Shown piece after piece: positions 1 through 8,401 of a stretch of 24,749 nucleotides of DNA. How positions within the stretch are numbered: the first letter of the stretch is position 1; each line of letters starts with the position of its first letter. The stretch is from the IMG/VR virus record IMGVR_UViG_3300012667_000075, positions 1 through 24,749 of that record; one strand, written 5' to 3'. The notes beneath the pieces were generated by a model, which saw only the letters and a program-made list of their open reading frames with translations, was not told the origin of the DNA and did no database searches. The DNA comes from a virus. Taxonomy: Duplodnaviria > Caudoviricetes. The translations under genes and the position numbers were made by a program.

Positions 1-118
1 TTTCAACAGTCGATTTGAGCTTGTTGATTTCAGCCTTCCCCTCACTGAGCATCTCGCAGCCTTTTCGGACTGAGGCGACAGCAGCTTGCGCTGCCATGAG
101 AAGGCTGATTGGATCCAC
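1..118 (-). CDS. Hypothetical phage protein, 3' end beyond window (MDPISLLMAAQAAVASVRKGCEMLSEGKAEINKLKSTVE...)
   Basis: Hand translation from GTG at 118, just after the TGA of the 120..341 gene; open to the window edge. The MDPISLL..A..AV...K.GC N-terminus is typical of phage proteins near lysis genes. Confidence 0.6.
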   Translation of the reverse strand, partial: MDPISLLMAAQAAVASVRKGCEMLSEGKAEINKLKSTVE

Positions 119-119
119 A

Positions 120-341
120 TCACTTGTCGGCTTTACCGTCTAACTTGTCAAAGATTTGTTTCAGAAGTTCCTTAACGTCACGCATATCAGCGCGATAGTC
201 ATCCTTCTGAACATAGTCATGTGGCAACGTCTTCAGCTCATCTTCAAGGCGCTGAATCTTGCGAGTCAGGCCATTGAGTGTGTAGACAGCCAAGAAGCCA
301 GCAACGCTGACCACCAAGTTGAATAACTGCTGATTATCCAT
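120..341 (-). CDS. Small membrane protein with one N-terminal TM helix and a coiled coil (holin-like / lysis-associated)
   Basis: Hydrophobic LFNLVVSVAGFLAVYTL followed by charged heptads; directly downstream of the tail fibre with a TAATG overlap at 341. Confidence 0.55.
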   Translation of the reverse strand: MDNQQLFNLVVSVAGFLAVYTLNGLTRKIQRLEDELKTLPHDYVQKDDYRADMRDVKELLKQIFDKLDGKADK

Positions 342-1933
342 TAGTTCGATTCCAATGCTGCGATGCGATCAGTGAGTGCTGCAATTAGGGCTTGTTGTTC
401 TTGCATGGCTGCTGTCAATGTAGCAACCAAGAAGCTGGTGTCAATGCCTTGGTACAAAGGTACTTCACGCTCACCCATCACAGCCTCAACCGCTGGTGTA
501 AGCTCGTTGCCTTCCTCATCAAAAGTAGCTGGCACAGCAGGGCTGATTTCGTACTGTTGAATTTTTGTTGCGTCTTTATCTCCAACAACTGCGTCAGGAA
601 CAACGGCTTGCAACTCATGAGCGATAAAACCTTGACCTTCTGAACCATCTTGTTTCCATGTGTAAGTGCATGGTTTAAGCTGTGCAACGGTAGCCAATGC
701 ACCTGTCATTGGTGCAATATTTTCTTTCAAACGATAGTCAGAAGATGTTGAATAGGTTGTCGCTGTGTTTGTATAGCTGATTTGACCTGATGTTGCGTTT
801 GCATTTTCAAAAACAATGGCAATAGAACTAGCAGTTGTAGTTGCTCTATCAAAAGTAATGCGACCAGCGCCATCATCAGCGTTTGGAGCAAGTGTAATAC
901 CGCCATTTCCACCAACAGATGTAGTCCCCACCAGCAAGTTACCGCTTGAGTCGATAGTCATACGCGGTGTTGGCGTAATGTCTGTACCAACAGCAACTGT
1001 TGAAGCAGTATTTGTGTAGAAATCGATAGCTCCAGCACCTACTTTGATACTAGATCGCGCAGTGGATGTACTAATACTACTTGCCCAACCATTAGATGTA
1101 GCACTCCACGCATATCCGTAATTGAGGGCTAATGCGGCAGAGCCTGCTTGCCTAAACATAGTTGCATAAGCAGTCGTAGCAGACTCAGGGAAGTTAATAT
1201 TGGTTGCGTTTTCAACGCCTAAACCGCCAACACCTGCGTTTGTAGTCCCAATCAGCAAGTTACCACTAGCATCAAGCGTCATTGCTTGGGTAAAGGTGAT
1301 AGCAGTGTCTGCTGTGCCTGACGGAGCGGTGTACCAGTAATGAGCGCCAGAACCTACAAGGTAGCGACTTGCTGCTGCTGTACTTTTGTAAGTCCATCCT
1401 AGAGAACCATAATATGCGTTTGAACTAATAAATAAACCGTTGCTGCTTAATGAACTAGAGCCAGCAATAGAACCTTTACCGCTAAATTCCATATTGCCAG
1501 CAACAGTCCAAGCACTAGGAGTAACTCCCAAGCCTAGGTTGCCTGAGCTGTCGATACGAGCCTTCTCACTTCCAGAAGTGTCTCCAAACGAAACGATTGC
1601 TGTAGAGGTTGCGCCAATATATCCGCTAAGTGTGTTGCTGTTATATAAAGCAATTTGGTTAGGAGAGGTTGAATTTCTATTAACACTTAACCCTGTACCA
1701 GATGAGGTAGCAGACAGCGTAGTAAACGCACCAGCAGCAGGAGTTGTAGAACCGATAGGGCCGTTAAATGAATCGCCACCTGTACCAGTTTGGAAATTCT
1801 TTAACTGAGCCATCAGCGTACGGATAGCATCGTTAATACCTGAAGGAGCGCAGCCTTCGTCAATGTTAATGCCACCAACGTCTGTGTTGCTGTTAGCTGT
1901 TGCGCTGTATTCGCTGATCTTTGTTTTTGACAT
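341..1933 (-). CDS. Tail fibre / receptor-binding protein with C-terminal intramolecular chaperone (peptidase S74)
   Basis: S74 signature TSSDYRLKENI...GFIAHELQAVVPDAV plus C-terminal coiled coil (LTAAMQEQQALIAALTDRIAALE); three (R/M)x(I/L)D(S/A)SGNL repeats; Gly/Ser/Thr-rich; N-terminal anchor EGCAPSGINDAIRTLMAQLK. Confidence 0.9.
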   Translation of the reverse strand: MSKTKISEYSATANSNTDVGGINIDEGCAPSGINDAIRTLMAQLKNFQTGTGGDSFNGPIGSTTPAAGAFTTLSATSSGTGLSVNRNSTSPNQIALYNSNTLSGYIGATSTAIVSFGDTSGSEKARIDSSGNLGLGVTPSAWTVAGNMEFSGKGSIAGSSSLSSNGLFISSNAYYGSLGWTYKSTAAASRYLVGSGAHYWYTAPSGTADTAITFTQAMTLDASGNLLIGTTNAGVGGLGVENATNINFPESATTAYATMFRQAGSAALALNYGYAWSATSNGWASSISTSTARSSIKVGAGAIDFYTNTASTVAVGTDITPTPRMTIDSSGNLLVGTTSVGGNGGITLAPNADDGAGRITFDRATTTASSIAIVFENANATSGQISYTNTATTYSTSSDYRLKENIAPMTGALATVAQLKPCTYTWKQDGSEGQGFIAHELQAVVPDAVVGDKDATKIQQYEISPAVPATFDEEGNELTPAVEAVMGEREVPLYQGIDTSFLVATLTAAMQEQQALIAALTDRIAALESN

Positions 1934-1950
1934 GATTTTCCTTTAAGAGA

Positions 1951-3744
1951 TTATGGCTGATACTTCAGAGATTCATCAACCAACTTTTGAAGCGCCTTTT
2001 GTTGCACAGATTCTTCTGCATATTTCAAAGCAGAGCCAACAGCAGGGACTCTTGAAAGTGGCGATTTGTTCACATTTTGCAAAGCACGAAGCAATGAGCT
2101 TGCTGTGTTTGAAGTGTTCACAGCGCCAGGCACTGTTGTGTAAATGTCAACCATTGCATCACGCAATTCACGGATTTCTTCTGCGCCTTTTTTGCCAAAG
2201 ATGTAATCTAACTTACCGTCAGAATCTAAGTCACGAATGACTTTATTCATTGCGGCAGCAGAAGGAATTGGCCTTCCAGCCTCATCACGCTGAATGTTTT
2301 TTGTAGCTTGCTCACGGATGTACTCAAGCGTTTGGCCTTGTAGTTCTTTCCATGCTTGCTGACCTTCTTCGCCACCCTTTTTGAGCAATACAGCGATGTT
2401 TCGAGTATCGTCAAAACTGCCTTTTAGGATTGCATGGTCAAACACATCTTCAAACGCAACAGCGCGATCAGTTGTGCCAGGCTTATTACGCAACAGCTTG
2501 TCAACATACGCAGCGTTTTCAAACTGTCGTGCATATTCAACACGCTTTTGACGGGCTTGTTTATACAAGTCGCCACCAGCACCTTCAGTAGCTTGGTTAA
2601 TCAAGTTTTTGAGTTCACGGGCTTGCACATAGTTTGGCGTACCTTCTTGAGCGTTCTTATTGATGAATTGATATACATCTTCAAGAGCGTCAATTGTCAC
2701 AGCACCAGTGCCAGTTGGGTCGTTCTTACGCAATTGGTCTTCAACAGCGCCAAGGATAGGAGCCAACTTGTCTTTAACTGTTGGGCCTTGTTCGTCAATG
2801 TAAGAAATCAATCCTTCATACGGAACCATTGCTTTTGTTTCACCAGAAGCGCGAGCAGTTTGATATGCAGCATTAACTTCGTTCATTGCGCTCTTGGCTT
2901 GTTTAACCAAAGCAGCATCAACAATCTTTCCAACAGGTCGCAAGTTACCTGACATTTTAGCGCCAGTTGCAGTTGAATATGCGTCAAAGTTGCTAAGAAT
3001 CTTTTGGTTCGTATCGATTTGACGTTCAATCAAAGGCTTACCAACGCCTTCTGGATATGTCTTGCGAGTCTCAGCCTCAAAGCCTTGAACGCCAGGTAAA
3101 CGAGTCGCTTGGCCTTTTGTAATGTCAACAGGCACACGCAAGCCTTGAGCGCGAGTTTGACGCTCTAACGCCTTTGCAGTATCAGCAGCACCCATACCCA
3201 TCATTGTTGGCGTAGGCTCTTGGCCTTTAATTGCACCAATCACATCAGACAACATAACAGGAGCTTTCGCCGCTTGAGCTGTCACAGACTCTTGAGCTTG
3301 TGTTGCCACACCAGTAGGTCTAGCGCCAACAAACTGAGGCATAAAAGGTGGAATTTTTGCAGCTTCAAACCCTCTACCAATGCCTTCAAGCACGTTTTGA
3401 GCCATTTGAGTGCGAGGCTGATATTGGATGTTTTCAGCAACAGAACGCTGAAACTCAGGGCCACCAGCGCCAGCTAGATATGTAACAGGGCCAGAAACAA
3501 GATTGGCTGCAACAGCGGCAGGTGTTTCAACAATGCCACGAATTACGTCAGCCATTGTCATTTCTGGCTGCGCCCTTGATGTTGATACCTGACCTGGAAT
3601 TTTTGTTGTCATTTCCACAGGCGCAACATCAGCAAAAAGCTCTTTAGCTTTTTCAATAATCATTTCATCACTAGCGCCAACAGGCCCTCTGATTTCACGA
3701 ATAGCGCCACTAGGGTCGCGCACTTTGTAGATTTGTGTTTCCAT
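1951..3744 (-). CDS. Putative DNA-ejection / internal virion protein (third of three)
   Basis: About 597 aa, alpha-helical, A/Q/K/E-rich; podovirus position between tail genes and fibre. Start moved to ATG 3744 (METQIYK) because of the TAATG overlap with the upstream stop. Confidence 0.6.
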   Translation of the reverse strand: METQIYKVRDPSGAIREIRGPVGASDEMIIEKAKELFADVAPVEMTTKIPGQVSTSRAQPEMTMADVIRGIVETPAAVAANLVSGPVTYLAGAGGPEFQRSVAENIQYQPRTQMAQNVLEGIGRGFEAAKIPPFMPQFVGARPTGVATQAQESVTAQAAKAPVMLSDVIGAIKGQEPTPTMMGMGAADTAKALERQTRAQGLRVPVDITKGQATRLPGVQGFEAETRKTYPEGVGKPLIERQIDTNQKILSNFDAYSTATGAKMSGNLRPVGKIVDAALVKQAKSAMNEVNAAYQTARASGETKAMVPYEGLISYIDEQGPTVKDKLAPILGAVEDQLRKNDPTGTGAVTIDALEDVYQFINKNAQEGTPNYVQARELKNLINQATEGAGGDLYKQARQKRVEYARQFENAAYVDKLLRNKPGTTDRAVAFEDVFDHAILKGSFDDTRNIAVLLKKGGEEGQQAWKELQGQTLEYIREQATKNIQRDEAGRPIPSAAAMNKVIRDLDSDGKLDYIFGKKGAEEIRELRDAMVDIYTTVPGAVNTSNTASSLLRALQNVNKSPLSRVPAVGSALKYAEESVQQKALQKLVDESLKYQP

Positions 3745-5012
3745 TATTTCACCACCGACCATTGGCTTTCAGGGCTTTGAATGTACTTAGCACCAGGGCC
3801 TGCTTGCAACTTCATAGCCTTGATTGCCATATCTCTTGCATTTTGCTTTTGCTTCACAACTTGCTCAGAATCTCCAGGTGCAGGGAAATAGTTTTTCTCT
3901 GCTGTTCCAAATTCAGTTGGAGAAATAGAAGCGCCAGATTCTTTACGAAGAATCGCAGTAATGAAATTCACACGGGCTTGAACAGTCTTTTGCTGGTCTT
4001 CATTCAAACCGCCTAAAACTGTTGGCAATGTGTTGAAAATGTTGTCAGAACCACGCGCTAAAGCATCGCCAATCAAAGGCGTAGCGCCAAGCGTTCCGCT
4101 AACTCCAGATCGAATAAGGCCAGTATTTTTCAATCCAGAGTTTTCTAATGACTTCAAGATTGAATCAGCTTGTGCCATACGCATACCGTAAGCAGTAGCA
4201 TTGCCTTGGCTTTCAGTTAAATTCCCAGTTCCTTTACCCATAACAGGCTTTCCATCTACCACTAATGGCGACATTTCACTTGTTCTTGGGTTAAATTTCA
4301 TAATCCCTTGATCTGTTTCAATAGTTTGCATTGAAACTGGGCCAGATGGAGTAGCGCCTTTTGGCATACGACCAACTTCTTTGCCACTTGCATCCAAAGC
4401 GACTACGACATTTCCAAGGTCTTGATATGTCAATTTTTGACTACCAGCAACTTGCTTAACGCCACCAAAAGGCGAAACTTCGTAAGCCATACCAGAATCA
4501 AACTTGTACTCAGGCAGCAAAGACTTGTACTTTGCAAATGTCTCTGGTGAAGCAACAGCAAGTTTCATCAACGCATCTTTATTGATTGATGGCTGAGTTT
4601 GTTGCGTAGGTATTGCGCCAGTTTGGAAATACTGACCGATTTGTTCAGGAGTGCCAGACCAGTTTTGCTCAACAGCACCAGGCTGGATAAGTTGAGGCAA
4701 GAAGTTACGCACAGCTTGATCTTGCTGCTGCTTACGCATCAACTCTTGCACTTGCATACCAGCCATCTTCTCTTGCAGACCTTGGTTCAAAGCCTGTTTG
4801 TACATTTGTTGACCAGCCTGCAAACCTTCAGCAATAGCCAAAGCACCACCGCCAGGCGTACGACTTGGAGCGCCAGCACGAAGCAAGGCGGCAGCCATAC
4901 CAAGGTTAGATTGGCTTTGAGCCTGACCTTGCAGGCGTTTCAGTTCATCTTCACCAAGAAGACCACCAAGATAAGAAGGCGTTTCGCCGTAGAAAGAATC
5001 TAAGAGTGCCAT
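3744..5012 (-). CDS. Putative DNA-ejection / internal virion protein (second of three)
   Basis: About 422 aa, Q/G/A-rich N-terminus (LGMAAALLRAG, ALAIAEGLQAGQQMY), C-terminal ...LRKESGASISPTEF...YFPAPGDS. Start moved to ATG 5012 with AAGGA SD upstream. Confidence 0.6.
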   Translation of the reverse strand: MALLDSFYGETPSYLGGLLGEDELKRLQGQAQSQSNLGMAAALLRAGAPSRTPGGGALAIAEGLQAGQQMYKQALNQGLQEKMAGMQVQELMRKQQQDQAVRNFLPQLIQPGAVEQNWSGTPEQIGQYFQTGAIPTQQTQPSINKDALMKLAVASPETFAKYKSLLPEYKFDSGMAYEVSPFGGVKQVAGSQKLTYQDLGNVVVALDASGKEVGRMPKGATPSGPVSMQTIETDQGIMKFNPRTSEMSPLVVDGKPVMGKGTGNLTESQGNATAYGMRMAQADSILKSLENSGLKNTGLIRSGVSGTLGATPLIGDALARGSDNIFNTLPTVLGGLNEDQQKTVQARVNFITAILRKESGASISPTEFGTAEKNYFPAPGDSEQVVKQKQNARDMAIKAMKLQAGPGAKYIQSPESQWSVVK

Positions 5013-5020
5013 ATTTTTCC

Positions 5021-5908
5021 TTAACCTAACCACCACTCATTAACACCAGAAGGCATAGAACCGTAATTTGTTGGAGTGCTACCAAAGCTAGAAAGCCAGT
5101 TATAGCCACTTTGAATGTAAGGAGATGTTTTGTTTAGCAATTCAACACCAAGAAGGCCAGTACCCAAATTATTTGCTGTTTGATTTGTGTAGTAAGGAGT
5201 TTGTGTTGTTGAAACTTGACCAGCAGGAGAACCATACGCTTGATTCAAATAATTATTTAATTGTTGTTGTGGCAAGTTTTGTTGGTAATTCCACTTTGCC
5301 ATGTCTGCATCAAGAGCTTTTTGTTGATAGCCTTCACCCAACTGACCAGCACCCAACATCTTGTAAATGTCAGTGTAATCAGCTTCAGCCATTTGAGGCG
5401 CACCAAATGTCGCTTGCTGTTGGAGAGCGCGTTCATCAGAATAGTTTTTGTATGCAAGTTGTCCAGCAGTACCAGTAAGACTATTTGCCAATGTTGTGGC
5501 AGCTTGGCCTTGAAGCGCCCCCATAGCACCAGAGCCGTAACGACCAGCTTTAGAAGCCTGTGAAGTTACGCCACCAATAGCAGTGTTAAACGCATTTGTT
5601 GCAGCTTGAGCAGCAGGCTGGAAAGCGCCTTGAAAGAAAGGATTGCCACTAAGGTAATCGCCTTGAATCGTGCCGTATAGCTGATTCTGAGCAGCTCCTG
5701 TCAGCGGACTACCAGCAGCAGCTCTGTTTTGCAGAGCTTGCAAACCTGTGTTTGTAGCACCAGATGGGCCTATATATGTTTGACCTGTGTAGTATTGAGG
5801 GCCACCACCTTGATACAAGCGTTGAGCTTCTGTGAGTCCATAACTCAGAAACGGCTGAATTGTGGGGTCAATTTGTGTGGTGTTTGTGGATGTGACGCTA
5901 TCAACCAT
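5021..5908 (-). CDS. Putative DNA transfer / pilot (ejection) protein (first of three)
   Basis: 295 aa, G/A/Q/T-rich, with NPFFQGA and AGRYGSGA segments typical of podovirus pilot proteins; AAAGGA SD; synteny like P22 gp7-gp20-gp16. Confidence 0.65.
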   Translation of the reverse strand: MVDSVTSTNTTQIDPTIQPFLSYGLTEAQRLYQGGGPQYYTGQTYIGPSGATNTGLQALQNRAAAGSPLTGAAQNQLYGTIQGDYLSGNPFFQGAFQPAAQAATNAFNTAIGGVTSQASKAGRYGSGAMGALQGQAATTLANSLTGTAGQLAYKNYSDERALQQQATFGAPQMAEADYTDIYKMLGAGQLGEGYQQKALDADMAKWNYQQNLPQQQLNNYLNQAYGSPAGQVSTTQTPYYTNQTANNLGTGLLGVELLNKTSPYIQSGYNWLSSFGSTPTNYGSMPSGVNEWWLG

Positions 5909-5929
5909 GGAAAGTTCCTTTCTTTAAGG

Positions 5930-5957
5930 GACTCCGTAGCGGGTCATCCACGAAGTC
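5930..5957 (-). promoter_or_regulatory. Intergenic RNA hairpin upstream of the first ejection gene
   Basis: Minus-strand GACUUCGUGG-AUGACCCG-CUACGGAGUC: 10-bp stem with two G.U pairs that form only on the coding strand; no U-tract. Confidence 0.5.
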
Positions 5958-5968
5958 ATTATATACAT

Positions 5969-6751
5969 TTATCCAACAATTACATAGGCATACTTCTTGT
6001 CTGCCGTTGCATTTGCAAAGTGTTTTAGTGTTGCTGTTGCCTTGCCTTGCGAACTAACATAAATGTTTGTTGAAGCAGAGCAATTGACGTAATTCACTGT
6101 AAGAATTACGGCAGGAATGGCTGGTCTAGGGATTGCTCCATCAGCCGCATAGCTTTCTAGCTTTACGTCTGTGCTTGAAACAGCGCCTGCAATTTGCACA
6201 TAGTCACCAGCAGCCATGTCAATAAATGTATTGACAGTGCCAACCAAATGACTAGGAACACCAGCAGATTTACGAATTTGAAGGTCAAAACGAGTTCCGC
6301 TTCTTACAACGTCTGTTCCGTTTTTTCTAAACCAAACGTCTGCATATTCAAGCGAATTGGCATAGTTAGCTAACTGCAATGAATACTGTACGTTGTACGT
6401 TCCAGCGTTCCTGACGTAAATCTTGGTCGTATCAGCTAGGTAAACACCACTGCTGTACTCAGTTTGGTCAAATTCAACAATAGCAGACGTTCCAGTAGAA
6501 GCGGCTGTTTGGTCGTTGTTATTTGTAAATTCACCGTAAGGCAAAGAATCTGCAAACGCAGCAGCAGAATATGGAACCAAAATAATCTTTGATTCAGCGC
6601 CAATCCTGAAGTCTGTGATTGTTGTCTCTGTTGCGTTACCTGTCGCCAAAGTCACAATCCCTGTGTTGTTGGTTTTACCCAACATCATCATGTTTACGAC
6701 TTCAGCAACTTGTCTAGGATTGCCGCCAAACGGTGGAAGAATCCGAAACAT
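5969..6751 (-). CDS. Virion/tail protein carrying a C1q/TNF-like beta-sandwich domain
   Basis: Internal segment YGEF...AIVEFD...IYVRNAGTYNVQYSLQL...WFRKNG...MAAGDYVQI matches the C1q-like pattern; located in the tail module. Confidence 0.6.
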   Translation of the reverse strand: MFRILPPFGGNPRQVAEVVNMMMLGKTNNTGIVTLATGNATETTITDFRIGAESKIILVPYSAAAFADSLPYGEFTNNNDQTAASTGTSAIVEFDQTEYSSGVYLADTTKIYVRNAGTYNVQYSLQLANYANSLEYADVWFRKNGTDVVRSGTRFDLQIRKSAGVPSHLVGTVNTFIDMAAGDYVQIAGAVSSTDVKLESYAADGAIPRPAIPAVILTVNYVNCSASTNIYVSSQGKATATLKHFANATADKKYAYVIVG

Positions 6752-8400
6752 TAACGCGCCCCCATTGGGTTAACGTCAACATCAACAGCGACAGCCATAC
6801 TCCAGTTGTCACCAGTTGGCTTAACTCGTAAGCGGTGATAACGGCCTGAGCTTCTTATAGAAACCCTGTTGTCTGTGTCTGTAACCTTGTCGCTGCCAAA
6901 GTCAACGCCTTGGTTTAGCAGGCTGCGAGAAGCGATTGCAACAGTAGCAGAGCCATTATCAACTTGTGGTCTAGCCAAAGTTACCAATGACATACCGCCA
7001 GTGCCAATATCGCCTGTCTCAATAACAGCAGTTTTAGGCAATCCGTTAAAGGTCACAATCTTTGTTCCGTCTGTACCGCCAAGAAAGAACTTTCCACCAA
7101 AGTACAGGGCTGAATCAAGCGGAACTACCAAAGCATCAAGAGATGTGCTTACAGAGTCCAATTGCTCCAACGTCACAGAAGCAGTAGAAGCGTCTGAAAT
7201 GTAATCAGAAGTCGCATCCATGTACGACCATTTTTTTGTAATGATGCTGTAAACAATCAGTTTACGATTTGCAAACCTGTCTTTGTAGTTCCACATCACC
7301 AGCTTGCGAACAGGGTCAGCAGCCGATGACATAGTTGACAAATCTAGGTCAGCATCATTAAAAAAGAACCGATCAACCTTTTCAGCGCCGATTGGCATGA
7401 CTTGTTGACCATCGCACATATAGAAGCCATCATCAGATAAAAAGAACGTAAGTCCTTCATACTGACAAACAGAACCAGGTGCAATACAACCTTTTCCACG
7501 GCTGATGTTGTCAAACTGGAAAACGTAAGGCGTTCCAACGTACACCATGCGGTGAATTGCCTTCTCCATCAGGATTAGGCCATACTCGCCACCTCTGATG
7601 CCAGTGATATGCCCACCATCGACAATATCTTGGAAATCGGCCTGAGTTATTTGGCTTGATGCCCAAGTTGTTTCGTCATTGAAGCCAGACCATTGAACTC
7701 GATACGGCAAGATGTTGCCAGCATCAATATGAGCGCAAACAACAAAGTCACGCACCACTGTAATGAACTTAGCAACAGGTGCATCGTCTGACAGGTTTTT
7801 GAATGAGTTACTTGCGTCAGCAACGTAAGATTGCAAACGCTCAGTAAAGTTCGTTCCAATGATTCGATTGCCAAACTTTGTAAAACGGAAAATGTTTCCA
7901 GAAAGAGTGTCGTAACCGCTTGCAGTTGACGAGATTCTTACGTTTCCTGTTGTCGTTGCAGATGTTGTTGTAACTGTAAAAGTGTCTGCTGTCAGCTTGG
8001 TAACAGTAAATTGACCGTCTGTTGCTGTTCCACTTGTGAAGTTTAGGTAAACAGAATCACCAGTTTTCCAGCCATGGTCTACCGCTGTGACTGTCAAAGT
8101 GGTTGTTCCGCTTTGTGCGTAAGTTCCTGCTGTGTACCAAACGTCTGTCAATACACCAACAGAGTCAACAGAGTAAATCTTGCTTACGCCTGCTGCAAAT
8201 AACTTAGCAGTACCAGATTGATCTTTTGCATAGACAAGAGAAGTCAGGTTTTCAGCGGCAGCAGCAGAGAAATCAGCTTCTGATGGGAAAGGCGCATAGC
8301 CTGTTGAAGTTGGATAGCAGTTTTTTGCAACAGTGATGCCGCCAACCATACCAGGTTGATCTGGCAACCACTCACCTAATGCTACTCTTTGTGTTGGCAT
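6751..8400 (-). CDS. Tail tube/nozzle, packaged-DNA stabilization protein (P22 gp10 / T7 gp12-like beta-propeller)
   Basis: 549 aa, beta-rich; LGEWLPDQP start, VQWSGFND..W, GCIAPGSV, FFLSDDGFY motifs; position after the adaptor. Confidence 0.75.
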   Translation of the reverse strand: MPTQRVALGEWLPDQPGMVGGITVAKNCYPTSTGYAPFPSEADFSAAAAENLTSLVYAKDQSGTAKLFAAGVSKIYSVDSVGVLTDVWYTAGTYAQSGTTTLTVTAVDHGWKTGDSVYLNFTSGTATDGQFTVTKLTADTFTVTTTSATTTGNVRISSTASGYDTLSGNIFRFTKFGNRIIGTNFTERLQSYVADASNSFKNLSDDAPVAKFITVVRDFVVCAHIDAGNILPYRVQWSGFNDETTWASSQITQADFQDIVDGGHITGIRGGEYGLILMEKAIHRMVYVGTPYVFQFDNISRGKGCIAPGSVCQYEGLTFFLSDDGFYMCDGQQVMPIGAEKVDRFFFNDADLDLSTMSSAADPVRKLVMWNYKDRFANRKLIVYSIITKKWSYMDATSDYISDASTASVTLEQLDSVSTSLDALVVPLDSALYFGGKFFLGGTDGTKIVTFNGLPKTAVIETGDIGTGGMSLVTLARPQVDNGSATVAIASRSLLNQGVDFGSDKVTDTDNRVSIRSSGRYHRLRVKPTGDNWSMAVAVDVDVNPMGAR

Positions 8401-8401
8401 A

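Noticed and set aside
1-120. Alternative open frame from ATG 120 (MWIQSAFSWQRK...)
   Set aside because: Also open to the edge, but the GTG-118 frame gives a more protein-like, familiar N-terminus; cannot be fully excluded.
920-1264. Near-identical fibre segments as a diversity-generating retroelement TR/VR pair
   Set aside because: Only about 24 nt long, both inside the same ORF, and no reverse transcriptase in the window.
5958-5990. TATAAT as a full sigma70 promoter
   Set aside because: No credible -35 at 16-18 nt and no exact extended -10 TGn; kept only as part of the leader finding.
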